A program made the translations under genes and the position numbers. The notes beneath the pieces are model-generated. The model made no database searches. It was not told where the DNA came from and was given only the letters and a program-made list of their open reading frames with translations. Below are positions 45,895 to 62,100 of a stretch of 64,000 nt of DNA, in pieces. This DNA comes from Entomortierella parvispora E1425 (Eukaryota; Fungi; Mortierellomycota), in assembly GCA_020891255.1 (NCBI GenBank), contig BQFW01000012.1, forward strand, positions 1-64,000. The letters are read 5' to 3'. The first letter of the stretch is position 1. The number at the start of each line of letters is the position of its first letter.

Positions 45895-48185
45895 TCACTT
45901 TGTCTTCTTCTTCTTGTTCTTTTTCTTCTTGGATCCGCTGGGCGATGGCGAGCTGGTGCCTTCGCCGAGGTTCAAAAGTGTCGACGACGAGACTGACTCT
46001 GGCACATTCGAGTCCTCTGTCAACGCTGGAGCAGCCGAAGCAACTGGGGCTGCTGGTGTAGGTGCTGCTGCTGCGAGTGCGGGTGCGGGGGAAGGGACAG
46101 GTGCCCTGGTCTCCTCTGCTGCTTCGGATGCAGCGGCAATAATTTCAATTGGAGGGTTGATAGAGTATGTGCCAGAGACATCTGGGACCTCAATCGTGAC
46201 ACTAAATCCCTCCTCGGGTTCTGCAGCTGCTTCAATCTCGATTTCAGCGTCCTTCACTGGAGCAGTGGTCGTCTTGCCATTTCGGTCACCATGGACCACT
46301 TCTCTTTCATCTCCATTCATCTTCTGCTGGCTAAGGAGCGGTGTCCTGGGGTCGTCCCCGGATTCGTTGGGGATCTTGTGGTCAAGCAAGGCAGCAGTGG
46401 ATGGGTTTCGGTTCTGAAGGATGGTCTTTCCGGTCGCCATATACTTGTTATCAATGGGCATGGTCGACGAGCGCGCTGCACCAGCAGCCTTCAACAATGG
46501 AGTCGAGTCGCTGATCGCGGGCGACTGAAGCAGGGTCTTGAGGTTCTTGATCATACTGACGTTCCTAGCTGGCTTACGGATCACACGAATCTTGTTGTGG
46601 ACATCCACATACACATCCGACTCGTCTACAATCTCCTCGCCCAGCAGCTCTTCGATCACATCCTCGAGCGTAATCACACCCACAGGAACGCCGAATCCAC
46701 CAGGCTCCGAAGTCACCATTGCCATATGCGAGCGACCCTCTTGGAAAAAGTTGAGAATGTCCAAGCAGCTGGTGTTTGGTGCAGCCTCGGGCAAAGAGTT
46801 GAGGGTGAACTGACGGACAGGAGTGTGGTCCTCAGGGTCGTAGGTAATAAGGCGCTTGACCAAAAGCATCCCAATAAAGTTGTTTGCATCGTCGTGCCTG
46901 TGGATGGGGATACGCGAGTAACCGGCAGAGACAATTTCCTCCATAAGTTGTTCATTCAAGATCGCATCCTCGCTCAGCGTAAAGACGTCGTCGAGAGGGG
47001 TCATGACCATTGAGACTCGCTTCTCCTTCAGATCAAGGACCGAGGCAATGATGGTGACCTCATCATCTGTCAACTCGCCAATACCGTCCATCTGGTGAAG
47101 TGACACCAATGTCTTGAGTTCTGTTCGGCGGTAAGTTGTTCCGTGGTGCACACCAAGCCACGAGTCCAAAAGTTTGGCAATAGGATAGGCAACAGGGGAC
47201 ATGATGTACATGAGCACCAACATTGGTTTGGCACAGTAGGATCCAATAGCCAGTCCATATCGAGCGCACACAGCCTGGGGAATAATCCTAGTAAGTAGCA
47301 TGATGTCACCAATTTGCCTGTTTAAGCATTCCATTCTTGTGTCCAACTTTGTAGAAAAGATTGTCAACGACCGGTACTTACTCTCCGAAAATGACAATCA
47401 GCAGAGTCGAGATCAGAATGGCCACAATACCACCGCCGAGCTCCGAGTCAAGTACAACAGGCAGCGTTTCATTCACAATGACGTTTCCCAAAAGAAGTGT
47501 CACTAGTCGCGATCATGAATTATAAAGAGTTTTCAGTCGGGCTATCATCGTGAGCAATTCGCAACAATGGAGGATCTACTACATACCAAGCACCCAATGC
47601 TTTCCTCGCGACAGCAGCTTGTACACGGTCTCGGCATGGATCTGCTCGGTGGGAGACCCAGAAGCCATCAAGACATGGAGGTTAGTCTCATCCAGACCCA
47701 TCAAACCAATGGTCAGACCTAGAGTCAAGAGCAAATCGACAAGCGCGACCGTTAGAATTCGTGGCAATAGTGATAGCAATAACAACGATCGTTTGAGTGA
47801 CCATGATGGCCACATAGCCTTCTCACTTGCCTGCAAAGACGCCTCCAATCAGAACAAGAAAGACGATAAGTCCCATCTTCAACCAAAACTCTGGAGTGCC
47901 CGCATCCTCGCCTTCGTGTTCTGGCTTTTCAGTGCCAACCATGGCCATTACGAGCCAATCATTGTCCTGCTTTGGCGTGGACACAGTTGAGGCACGCGAC
48001 CACGTTGAGAAGAGTTTTGAACAGAGGAGCAAGTTTGTGAAGACAAGCACATAAATAATGATGTTCTTGAGGCCTAAAGCACTGTTTCTGGGCCTGCTAG
48101 CTCTGCTAGAGCATGTCTGCAGAGATGACGAGTCCTTTTCGATAGTGATGGCCACGGAATGGTCCTGTGCCTCACGGTTGTCCAT
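45895..48185 (-). CDS. MAM3: CNNM/DUF21-CBS domain membrane protein (Mam3-like), multi-exon
   Basis: GGVFAG|[34 protein letters not shown] pair VMTPLDDVF...GYSRIPIH...[31 protein letters not shown]. Confidence 0.92.
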
Positions 48186-48468
48186 TGCGCAATGGTGCAG
48201 TTGGAGAAAAGAGAAGGTGTAGTTTGGAAAGATCGTTAAACCTGTTCTCCGGGACAAGCTGCAGTGCAATGGAAAAGAAGGAAGACAAAAAACGGAGATT
48301 GGAACTTGCGGACAAGGGAGGAAAGGGAGAAGGAAAGAGCGAAGGAGAGAACACGGAGCCAGGAACAGATCCGAGAATGAAGGAAAAGTGATGACCCATG
48401 GACACGTCCTCGTCTCAAAAGGAGTAAAAGAATGCACGTGATCGTTTTTTTAATGCTCTTTGTGGTGA

Positions 48469-49456
48469 CTATGGGTTGGGTTGGTTCTGGTCATAGATGT
48501 GCTTTCCTCTCTGCTGGAATTGGGTCATTCCCTTACCGCTTCCAACAACGCCAACTATAGAACAGACAAGAGGAAGAGAGAACGGAATTATGTTAGATCG
48601 TGATGCCCGTACAAATGACGTAGAGTCGCGTCAAAGTGAGATCTATCTTACCTCTGCCTTCTGGGTTGTCGGGTGTTGCAAAGATACTTTTCTTCAGAAT
48701 GGGACCTCCCTTCGACTTCTTCGCTCCACCCTTTGCAAAGTTCTGCCACGCCATCTGTTTCTGTACTTGCTCACTTCCTGCACCAGGCGCCTTCTTCTTC
48801 TTAATACCTGCAGATCCTGACTCCGAGATGCCTTTCCTTTTCTTGTCTCCTGTACCATCGGCCGAACTGTCGGTGCCTGTTGCACCTCCGCTGTGGGACT
48901 TGTGGTACTTGCTGTGATCCTGAAGTGGTTTAAGATTCTGTGGTCCCAGAGTGACAGGTGGGCTATCTGCATAGCCCTTGAACTCGACTGAATACACTTG
49001 TCCTCCTGCTCCAACCCCAAGAATAGTCGCTTCGTAAAATTTGCCATCTGCCGCGTACAGTGCTCTGCATCTCTCACCCACAGTCCATTGGCGGGCAGGA
49101 GTTGGCGGTGGAGTATAGATAGGTTGCGAAGAAGCAGTACTCTTGGTGGCCGCGGCAGGAGTTGGCGAAGCAGCACTTGCTGGGGATGAAAGATCGGATC
49201 TGGGCGAAGAAGTCGCAGAAGTCACTGTGGTCGCCTTTGTGGTCGTAGACGTCGCCGTTACTGTTGAAGATGCAGCTGTAGCCGGGGAAGGAGCAGCGGA
49301 CGACTGCTCCTGCTGCAGAAGCGCTTCTGTGAGAGAAATGAGTTCTAGCAGTTCAGTTTTGATGCTCAGCAGTTCTGAATTCTCTGGATCAGCCTGCAGG
49401 GCATCGTTGATGGCTGCTACCTGTTCCTTATAAGTGTCAAGTTCGCTTGAGTCCAT
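48469..49456 (-). CDS. SPF30: Splicing factor SPF30/SMNDC1 (Tudor domain), one intron near the 3' end
   Basis: MDSSELDTYKEQVAAINDALQADPENSEL, Tudor WTVGERCRALYAADGKFYEATI, QKQMAWQNF, SIFATPDNPEGR|VGVVGSGKGMT. Confidence 0.92.
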
Positions 49457-49659
49457 GGCAGATTCTATGTTGGAAGGTATTGGATGTAGGGGTTGCAGTG
49501 ATGTGCGTCGTTCGTTGGGTCCTGGGCGTCTCGTCGTCGGATCGTTCTAATTGTTGGTTGTGTGGATGGAATTGCACCGAACAATCATCACCGCTTTTTA
49601 TTCAGTTTTTTGCACGTGACATGTTTGAAAGACTCCTTGACTTGCCCCGGGTATGTTTT

Positions 49660-52379
49660 TTACGGCACAGCTTGATTGGGGTCTTCGCTCATAAACACGT
49701 CAAAGATCTTTTTGGACAAAACCCTGCCAAGACATCGGCGGCTAGAAATCTATAGGGGAGGGCACGGTTGGTTACAAAGCGCCTTCATACCTTCATGGAG
49801 AGCAAATAATAATAAAAAAATAAAAAAATAAAAAAAACGATAGTCATCACATTAGATATACCTCAATTCTTTCGAGCATTTGCTCCGCCTCCTGACGCGT
49901 TGTACATTTCCGGTATCCCTCATAAAGGCTCTTGATAGTTGGATATTCTTCTACAATTGACTTTGCCACGGCTGCTGTCACCATACGAATCTCTTGAAGA
50001 CTCTTGTGCCAAGTGTCCGATGGATCTGTTCCTGATTTGATGCCTTCAACACAGACATTCAGTTTTGACTTGCGCGACTCTCTAAATTGGACAAAAAAAG
50101 GATTAGAATCATGGGTGCATGAGCACCGTTCAATGACCACCGCTCGAGGGAAAAAAAGGAACCGTTGAATAGTCCACTTACTTATAAGGGCGCAGACCAA
50201 TTTGCTCCGTCAAGCTGACAAGTATTTGTGCAGATTCCTCCTCGTTCTCAGCATGCATGACCAGACAATCTTGTTCAAGCTGCAGCCACAACAGCTCCTG
50301 CTCGATACGCTCCTCATCCACAACCGACGCTTGATCCATAACATTCTGAGAGCCTGCCTGCTGATGCCCCAGACTAGCCAACACTGCCTGCTGAAATTTT
50401 TTGGTCGTTACTTTTTTGAGACTTCGAAGATGGGCCTCCAGCCCGTCAATGAGATAGATGACGCGCTGCTTCTGTTTTTCCAAAAGTCTTGTGCTTCTCT
50501 CAGGGAACTCGCGCGACTGTTTCATTCTCTCCTTGTTTATACGGATTCCTAGATCTCGTTTTAGAGACGCCAGCCCTGGCCTCAGACGGTCGTGTTCAAT
50601 CATCGCAGCAAAATCGCTCCCTGAGACGTAAATTAGAGCGAATGGTTCCAAGTCAATCTCTGGAGTGTCGCGGTTGAGCGGGACAAATATCTCCTGATCC
50701 TCGTCAAACCGACTCGTTACCGTACGGCGCCAAAAGATAACGCTCTTCTCTGTCGCTGTTCCGCCTATATCGCCTCCAGACGCTGTTCGTTGTCTTTGGA
50801 TCTGACAGTCCACCGCACCCAGATAATCTCGAGCAGCACTGCCGAATCCTGTTTCCAGCAGAATTTCATCCATGCACAGGATCATTTCCTTGACACCCTC
50901 CGCTTTCGTGGTCAGTCGGTTGGCGATTCTCATATCCCGGGCTGCTTTCTTCTCGGCCAGGCGCTCTTCTTCTTTTGCAACCCTTTCCCGCTCCTTCTTT
51001 TCGCGTTTGTGTTGTTGCTCGGCCTCCTTTTTAGCTTTCTTTTCAGCGGCAGCGGCCTCCTTTTCCCTTCGCTTTACTTCCTTTGCTTCCTTTGCATCGA
51101 TGGAAGTATCATCGTCAATTGTCCGAGAACGCCTCGACCTCCTTGCGATCTCATCCTGCAAGGAGCCAGAACCAGAGTTACCATCATCTGTGTCCCATTC
51201 GTTGAGATCCGGAGTCACAGCTCGAGGTCGCTTTTTTACTTGATTCAGACGGGACCCTGAGCGAGAGTTCTTGGCCCCTTTCCTTTTTGGATTCCCTGAA
51301 AAGACATCCTGCATGAGCATTTCTTGTTCGCTATCCGTGTCATCTTGAAATTGGGTCGGAGGGCTTAGGCTGGAATTGGCAATATCGTTCCAATTTGGCG
51401 ATCCCAGGGTGCTGCGTGGCCGATCACTGGTGGTTTCTCTGTAACGACCTGTGTCCGAGGTGGTAGCTAGTAAATCGATGGGGGATGGCGACCTGCGTTT
51501 CAAAGCAGGGGAAGGGGAGCGCTGCGAAGTTTGTGCCGAATTGAGATCGTCATCAGACCAATCCAGGGAATAACTTTTTGTAGTCGTTACGGCCGGTAAA
51601 GATGTTGATTTCGCTGGCTTTGTTGTCTGCTTGGAGAATTGGTCGAGAATCTCAGGCTTTTGAGCTGGCGCAGGAACATCAAAGTCCCAATCATCAAGAG
51701 GGTCCTGCACCGAAAGAGATCCTACGGCAATCTTTTTGCTGGGCTTTTCCCATTTTTTCCTGGGGTTGAATTGCAAATCAATTGTTGCAGGTTCCCATTC
51801 TGTCTCGCGCAGAGGTGAACCTGCCCTTAAAGGACTATTGTCACGCCAAGGCTCGTAGTCGTTCATGTTGTCGTAGAGAGGCTCTGCCTCTGCTGGCCAA
51901 GAGTCTTCCCTTTTCACTGCCTGTGGCGTTTTATCGCCATGCACTCGCGTGCCTAACACGTCTTCCAGATTGAAATTCGTATTGCTGGATTCTGGTTTCG
52001 ACTTTTGAAGGTGACGAGGCGCAAATTCATCCTTGATTGGATCCTCGTCCTCTGAACTAGATATCAAGTCGACCACCCTTTCCTCTGGAGGTAATGCGCG
52101 AGGTATTGCTGGTGGTTCCATCGGGGAAAGAAACTATTGAGTGAATGAGGAAAAAAACAGTTAGAAAGGAGAGAATTGACCTGCTTGATGAAGTGCTCGC
52201 TTTGACATTACTTGGCCATCAAAGATCCGATTGATGGTAATCTCGCTGCTGCGCGTCATTGCTAGGTCTGTGAGAATATCGCCGAGAGATTTGTCGCAGC
52301 AGACCAGCAAGACCTCACGGGCCATGTCCAGCAGCTGGAAATTCGATGGCGTCTCGCGACCTGTAGCAGACGAACTCAT
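49660..52379 (-). CDS. EME1: Crossover junction endonuclease non-catalytic subunit EME1/MMS4-like (ERCC4 domain), with N-terminal CUE-like motif, multi-exon
   Basis: VIFWRRTVTSRFDEDQEIFVP, VIYLIDGLEAHLR, IEQELLWLQLEQDC...SLTEQIGLRPYK, LQEIRMVTAAVAKSIVEEYPTIKSLYEGY, GRVLSKKIFDVF. Confidence 0.85.
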
Positions 52380-52727
52380 CGAGGGCTTGGGAGGGAGTGA
52401 GGACAATTATATATTCATGCGACAATGGAAGAAGGAGGTGAGGCGCCAACGGGCGTTGGGGACAAGATACGAGGGTTGAGGTAAGGATTAGACCATCAGC
52501 CAGGCACATCATGAATTCGTCCAAGAATCGCCCAAGCCACGATCGCGAATCTCGCTCGTTTGCCACCAAGTGGAATGTCCTTTCTTTCTGCCTTTTCTCC
52601 TTACAGACAATTCCTCGCCAGTCCAATCCCTGCTGTCAGACTAAGATCATCGGTCTTTCCCTCCATCCTGTCATCACAACAACCTCCACATATACACCCA
52701 CACTCACACACCTGAAACAGGAGCAGC

Positions 52728-54569
52728 ATGACGGACATTCGACAGTTCGTTCGGCAGATTGTCAAGGCATTTAGTCAAAAGGACCGGGATGGCATCTGCA
52801 ATCTGATCATGCTCGAAGAGAACAGCCCTGGCATAGGCGACCTCCACAAAACGCTATACGAAGTATGTAATTCGATTCACAAACCGTATCCCTATGTCCC
52901 TTTTTCAAATCATTTGTTGACCGATTCACATCCAATGCATGTGCAGTTATCAGAGAGCTCAATACGAGCACTTGTACAGGAAGTCATCCCTGATTCAAGG
53001 CAGCTTCGCGATTTCGTAACAAACTACCTGATTTTCAGCATTGCCTCGGCACTCGACTCCTCCTCCTATGTTTCAGTCTACGAGCTTTTGTCCAGCTGCT
53101 ACGGGTAATGGCGAGATGTTAGATAATTATCAATGCGACGCGGTTCAAAGAACCAGTAACTAAAACAGTTCTTGGCGCTTTAGATCGTTTCTAGTTTTAT
53201 TTACAGCACAGGACGCTCAATGGTTGACCCCGTTACTCATGAATCTATCATATTCTCTGGTTGATTGGGCGATTATGGTGAGAATTCTGGAAGATGTCAA
53301 CAGCATTGGATTGACCCGAGCGGAGCAAATGCGCTTTACAAGCTTCTGAGACGAAGGATTAACAATATGGGCTTTATTGTTTCTACTGATACAGGCGGAC
53401 AAAGAACAACCAAAAGCGAAAAAGCTCAAGATCAGCGATGCCGCCGCCAAACATCTCACTAGAGTACTCAACATCGTCATCAGTGACAGGTAACCACGTC
53501 TGGCTCCCAATTTTCATCTCAACAGTCCGACATATAATATAGTACTTCAATTCTAATCTCAAGACTTTCTAATGTCCAGAGTCCCGAATCTCGAGGAATC
53601 AAAAAAAATAGCCATCTACTATGTTTCAAACCTGACGTTCCGCGCGTACTTTAAGGTAGGCTACCTTTTGCTCAGAGTGAAAGGATTGTTCGATCATGTC
53701 TCTACGTATTCTGACCTCTTCGAACGCGTCTGTATTTATCTACTACACAGCTCCGCTCCACTCGCCTCATGCCAACTACTCTAGCCAACATTGCAAACTC
53801 TGGCGCCCAGTTGTCAGACTACCCTATGAGTCAGCAAGTAACGCATCGGTACTATCTTGGACGATATAGTCTCTATCAGCTAGATCTTCGCCGTGCGGAG
53901 GCACATCTAGCGTTTGCGTTCAGGAACTGTCCAATGCCTGCTCGGGACAAAGACGAGAACGCGGTCATCTACAGGAACAGTCGATTGATCCTTATATATT
54001 TGACTGCATGCCGACTTTGCTTGGGACGGTTCCCTTCACGACAACTGCTTCAGATTTATGGACTGGAACCTTACTTTGCACCACTAATGCACGCCATTCG
54101 AGTCGGAAACCTGGAGCTCTTGAACAACAGTTTGAATTCCCCAGAGTTGATGGGTTGGCTTGTCAAAAAGGAGCTGTTCTTTTTGCTGAAGGAAAAGTTG
54201 GTTGTCTTGTGCTGGAGGTCATTGATCCGGAAAATTTGTATCGTGTCACGTAGTCCATCCGACACACAGCTCCGAGTTCAGCTTCCTACACTTTTGAACG
54301 TTGTCCAAACCCTGACCAGGGACCCAACTTATGACATTGGGGATGTGGAGTGTATCGCAGCATCGCTACTGGATCAGGTATGTTGTTTTTGTCAACATTA
54401 TTGCTCTGTTCATCTCCTTATTTATGACCAAGAACTAACTTCATGAAACTATGGACAACATGCACAGGGTTATATCAAAGGATACATCCACTCCGCGAAA
54501 AAAATCCTTGTTCTTGGTAGCAAGAATCCATTCCCTACGGTTTACTCCGTTTCTGTGCTGGGAGAGTGA
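52728..54569 (+). CDS. PCID2: PCI domain-containing protein 2 (Thp1/Csn12-like), multi-exon
   Basis: SKKIAIYYVSNLTFRAYFK, QQVTHRYYLGRYSLYQ, LILIYLTACRLCLGRFPS, DVECIAASLLDQ|GYIKGYIHS. Confidence 0.88.
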
Positions 54570-54696
54570 TCATAAAATAAAGGAACCAGAACTACAAATA
54601 TTTTTCGATACATTTATTCCAGCCTCTTGAATACTGACTCCACTTCCAACATCTCATCAGAAACTTGGATCCAGGCACCTCAGGGAGAGAAAGGCT

Positions 54697-56994
<2,298 letters not shown>

Positions 56995-57490
56995 GGTTGT
57001 GATGGTGGCGGGGGTGGTGTGGAGGAGGAGGAGGCTAATGATTAGACGACTGAAGAGGAGGGGGGAAGGAAACAAAACAGATTGGATGCGATTAAGGGGT
57101 GCTGTGTGTGCGATGAGCTTGTTTTTCCCTCTCCCAGGAATCTCGCTTTATTTATTTATTGGGGATTGCAGGCTGCGGGCAGATGACTCACCCTGGATAA
57201 ACGATGCATACGCTGCTGCGTGCGGGGGCTGTGAGGATAATTTTTATTCCCACTCTCCCTTGTCTCTCGATTCTCATGCTGGGAATGCTCTCGTCTCTCG
57301 CAACGTGGCCCAGTCAGTCGTGCACTGCGAAACATGAGCATGCATGGGTCTGGGTCTGGGTCTGGGTGTCTGGGTTTCCTTCTTCACATCTTCCCATCCG
57401 CTATCCACATTCATTCCTTGTCTCCTCGTCTTTGCAGCTGACTTGTACCCGATAACCAACCACAACTACTACTACCACCACTACCAAGAC

Positions 57491-59461
57491 ATGGACCAGC
57501 AATCTCGGGGCCATGGCCCGCCCGCGGACTTGCAACAGGTTGTCAGCAATGACAGCGACCCGGAAGACTATGACGGGCTCATGGACGAGGACTGGCTCGA
57601 CATGGACAAACTCACCGAAGGCGCCTCTGTATCTGAAGGGTCCTCGCTCTCCTCTTCTCGTCCCGTTTCCACAACTGCGCTTGACAGCGACGACGACCAC
57701 CGTGTTCCTTCGCTCCCGCTTTCTGCGCCTTTGACACTCAGCATTCCCTCGACCACGCCTACCTTGCTTCAGGAAGAGGCTCAACATCGCCAGGATACCC
57801 AGACTCCTGGATCTGCCTCACCTGCGGCCTCTTCAGAGTCCGAGTACTCGTTGCTGAATCCGTCCGCAGACCAGTCGCGCAAGAACTCACTCTCCAGCGT
57901 CTCGGGCTTTCATTCCCTCACCCCTACAGACTCTAGGACAGACAGCGACGCCGCATCATTAGCAGAACAGGATCTGTCCTCCACGATGCTCGACGACATG
58001 GCTCTAGACGCAGGGATTCCAGCTATCGTCAGTCCCTCGTTCTCTGATTTTGTTCAGGTTGGAGGTAGTGATGGTGGCCAAGACGACTCCTTGGCATCAG
58101 AGTCCTCGTCGATCGGAGCTGGCTGCGACTCTATCGGAAACTCTGGTGACAGCAAAAGCGGTGACGGATCAAGTCAGGAATCCACATTCTCTCACGTCGG
58201 CAGTGACCCCGCGGATTATCCCACGGCCACTGCAACAATGGCGCCCACGGATGAACAAGGGAGCTCGCAGCAATCTCAAACATCATCGCCTTCAGTTCGA
58301 CGACGGACAACCTATAGAACAACGGTCGAGGATGCACGGACGAGTTCGGGAGAGGAGAGAACCTCGTTCAGAAAGCCGTCTCCGAGAGTTCATTCTACAA
58401 GAACGACTGTTCAGGAGGATCAGCGCAGCACTAGTCGCACACAAGTACTATCGTCCACCATGCCAGGAGGTTTGAATTTGGGCCTGGATGCCGAGATTCC
58501 TGAATATATTCCCACAGGAAACACCGGAGGTGCTGCACAAGTTCCTATGGAAGAACGTCAGTGCAGGATCTGTCTCGGAGGAGCTGATGAAGAAGAAACT
58601 CTCGGACGACTCATTTCCCCCTGCCTCTGTAAAGGATCTATGAAATATGTTCATGTCGAATGGTAAGTTCCGCATCAACAACAGGCTAGTCGGGAGATGT
58701 CCTGAATTCATTTTGTGCACAAGTCTAATACTCGGCCATCTCTTCCCTTCTCTAGTTTGAACGCATGGCGCACAAGGAGTCCAAAGCGCGAGAGTCATTA
58801 CAAGTGCGACACGTGCAAATACTCATTCTCATTCCGACGAACAAGTCTGGCCCGTTACCTGGCACATCCTTTATCAACCTTTCTCCTGACCATCGTCACC
58901 TTTGCCTTGGTTGTTTTCGGAGCTGGATTTGCTATGAAGTTGCTCCTCTACCTGACCATGGATGGATCCCACGAGTTTATATACCCAGCCAACTTGTATG
59001 TGTGCCTTCAAACGACAAATACTGAAGATTCATCCTCGTTTATATTTTAACTAACCCTATTTTTGGCACATAGGGACGAGTTTGACGAGGACCAGCTCTT
59101 GCAGTTGAAGCACGACTTGGTTATTTTCAAAACACCAGAGACATTAAGGGCTGTGTTTAGGATTGACAAGTCGCACATGGTCTTTGGGTCTTTTTTTGTG
59201 AGCTGCATCGGATTTCTGCAGTTGCTTCTCTCTACAATCTGGATGGGGGGTGGAGGCGGCGTCTTCCGAATTGGCGGGTTCGGCCTAGGCGGCAGGAGAC
59301 GTGGCGAACGACAGAGGGAAGGAGGCATCGGAGGCGTCGTCCTCATGGTGGCTCTTGTCTTTGGACTGTTCAAATCGGTCTACATGACCTACCAGTTTGT
59401 GAATAGAGTATCGCGGCGTGTTCTGGAGAAGGCTGAAATGATGGTGCTAGAGGTACAATAG
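57491..59461 (+). CDS. RING-CH (RINGv/MARCH-type) membrane E3 ubiquitin ligase with long acidic Ser-rich N-terminus, multi-exon
   Basis: CRICLGG...LISPCLCKGSMKYVHVE(C)LNAWR...CDTCKYSF followed by TM helices. Confidence 0.9.
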
Positions 59462-60155
59462 TGAAATAAAGGCATTTCCCACAGCGACTCCAGTGCTTTC
59501 GTCCTGTGAATGCTGTCTTTTTTATGATTATAGAAGACCGCGTATCGCCGTAGGAACTGAGCTTGACGAGGCTCTTCACCGAGGAAGTTTTCTCTTTTGA
59601 GCGCAGCATGCAACAAGAGCACTCCAGCGCGCCGGGAAGAGGCAGGTGAGCCACACGCCAGTTAACACAGTCCAGGATATGTTCAAGGTCTGGAATCAAG
59701 GGAATGGGGCTTTCCTGGGAAAGTGGCGAACAGGGGGGGTTTTTTTTCACTCTCCTAAATGAAGGCGATCGACGACGCGGTGCTATGCAGTGAAATATAA
59801 GGTTTGCAGGGAATATTTGAGCATCCTGCTGTGCGACCATAACTGGCCAATTCTTGAACGTTTCAGTGCTATTTTGACCTGAGAAAGCCTGGTAAGTTGC
59901 CCTGTGGGGGTGAACATCTGCACCGGCCGAGGAATCAGAATCTGAAAGTATCATACCGTCTTGAACGGTGAAAACCATCGCTTCAGTCAGTCGACTTCAC
60001 AGGGGAGAAGGACAGTTTCTAAAAAGGGGGTACCTGGCAACTATCATTTAGCATGTTGCAGGTCAAAGGGACTTACCATCGTATAGATACCTGAGGCAAC
60101 TGAAGCCTCCTGTTCCTCATACCTCAGCCTCTACGCCTACACCTCCAAAGACAAT

Positions 60156-60340
60156 ATGATGCGCTTTATTATCACCTTCATCCCCATTGTGCTTTTGGCC
60201 ATTTCCGTCATGGCCTAGAATTCTTGCAATAGAAACGGCCAGGCTGTTGCATCGTACAGGGTAGTTGTCACTTCAATAGTCATTGGGTATACAGGATAGT
60301 CAGAATTACATGGACTGAATCACAACCAACCAACCCTTCT
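60156..60340 (+). pseudogene. Disabled small secreted-protein gene (signal peptide followed immediately by TAG)
   Basis: 60156-60218 reads MMRFIITFIPIVLLAISVMA*. Downstream frames give Cys-containing fragments (NSCNRN; GCCIVQGSCHF). Confidence 0.45.
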
Positions 60341-61169
60341 TGACGAGTGTAAACATGACTTGTTGCCCCAATATGACTATGACGCGTCCGTCTCGCGTTT
60401 TTTTTTTTTTAAAAAAAAGTCGACGCCGCTCCATGCACCATCAAGTTCTCCATGACAAAAGTGGATTGTTCGGCTGTGTTATGTGTACGGCGGTCTCAAC
60501 CGTTTTTTTGAGGTTCTTGCGGTAAATTACTGCACCCTTGTTTGAGAGAGCCTCCACCGCCTTTGTGGTCACAAATGATTGGGCAACTCACTCCAAGAAA
60601 GGCCATCGTCTTTTCCACGGGAAAGAGTAGGAAAGGGATTAATCTTTTTAGAAACTTCAGGGATAACTGAAATAAACAATGATAACCAACTGTATGGACA
60701 CTTTTTGCCATTTCTGTGCTCAGCTCGGCCTGATGTTGGGCTGCAAAAATAAGCATTTCCAAAAATGCGGTAATGGGACAATGTGGGGGATCCAGATTGC
60801 AACAAACAAGCCACACGCCGCGTTTTGTCGTCTCCACATCTGCATACTTTTCGGGATTTCCCCCTTGGATGCGAAAACCATTGAAAACCTCAATGAACAG
60901 CAACCCAGGTTTTGGTCAAAAAAGAAATGGTTGACCATTCTGTCGCCATTGTCACCAAGCATGTCTTTCCGATAGAGATGGCAAGCATCCACGCCTGGAC
61001 TCTTTGAAGAGAAGAGGAGTCGTTGGTATAAATAGTCTGGTCTTTTCATGACACCCATGCCACAATCCCGGCTCTTCCTTCCTTTTCTCCTCGGCAGTTA
61101 GTATCGTCTCCGCTTGCGCCTCACAACCGCTGATACCTTTCAATTCTCAATCGGTTATTGTTGGACAGC

Positions 61170-61420
61170 CTGCACCTAGACTTTGCTCTTATCTCGGCCG
61201 CCGTCCTTGCAGGAACAGCCCTCACTGGTGCGTCTTACCATGTGACCCTCGGGCTGCCAATACAAGTCTCAAGGCTACCGTGTGCAGCCCGAGGATGAGA
61301 AGGCTCTGACAAGACTCCATTGCAACTGCGGCATCAGCAATATTCAGTGGGCTAATAGCATCTCGTTCGGCGTTCCCTCTACCAGCCCTTCGGTCTGCTC
61401 TAATTACATTCATTTCTTAA
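61170..61420 (+). pseudogene. Degenerate paralog of the secreted protein at 62101-62448
   Basis: Signal-like FALISAAVLAGTALTGASYHV and C-terminal GISNIQWANSISFG...SVCSNY match AISNAQWVNSISFG...SCPNWY. No ATG, a frameshift and an internal deletion. TATAAATA is retained at 61027-61034. Confidence 0.7.
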
Positions 61421-62100
61421 AGTGGAAGCGTATAGCGTTCGGTTTGGCGCGTAGAGTCCCTTTGCTGGTGGTAGTAGTGCCAAGTAAACCTCTTTCAATT
61501 CCCACAATAAAATGTGCACCGCCACACCAATGACTTTTTCGCCTCGCCTTTCGGAGCCTCCTTGTGTCCATTGTCTCCAATCGATGAGATCGACTATCGG
61601 ACGTTTAGCCAGAAGGCGGCGTGATTTTAGGCCGATTTCAATTGGCATTTGAATTGAAAATCCGTTGAAAAAAAAAACGGGAACGGTGGGGCTTCTCGTC
61701 ACGGAACGTTCTTTGTTTTCCGCACATGAGAAATCTAGTGCAGCGCTGCGCCGATTGAGACGAGCGGTGCTGTAAGAATGTTGTCGACCCGCCCCGCTGA
61801 AGCTCGATCGTAGACCCTGTTGAGTCGCCGACAGACGCCGCTTTTACGCGTTGGGCTCTCAAGCTGATCACGGTTTTGAGAGAAAAAAACCCCCCACTTC
61901 CTTTTTTCTCCTTGATATAAAAGGATGACTTTCACTGCCCTTGGTCAACAGTTATCCCCCTCCAACACCAACATCCTTTTCCCTAATGTAAGTAGCTAGC
62001 TTGCGCCCCAAGACAGTGCCTGTCACTCGACAACTTGAGCTATTCGATCAACAAGAATGGCCCCTTATTCACTTTATTCCTTCCAGTTTTTTTTTACACA

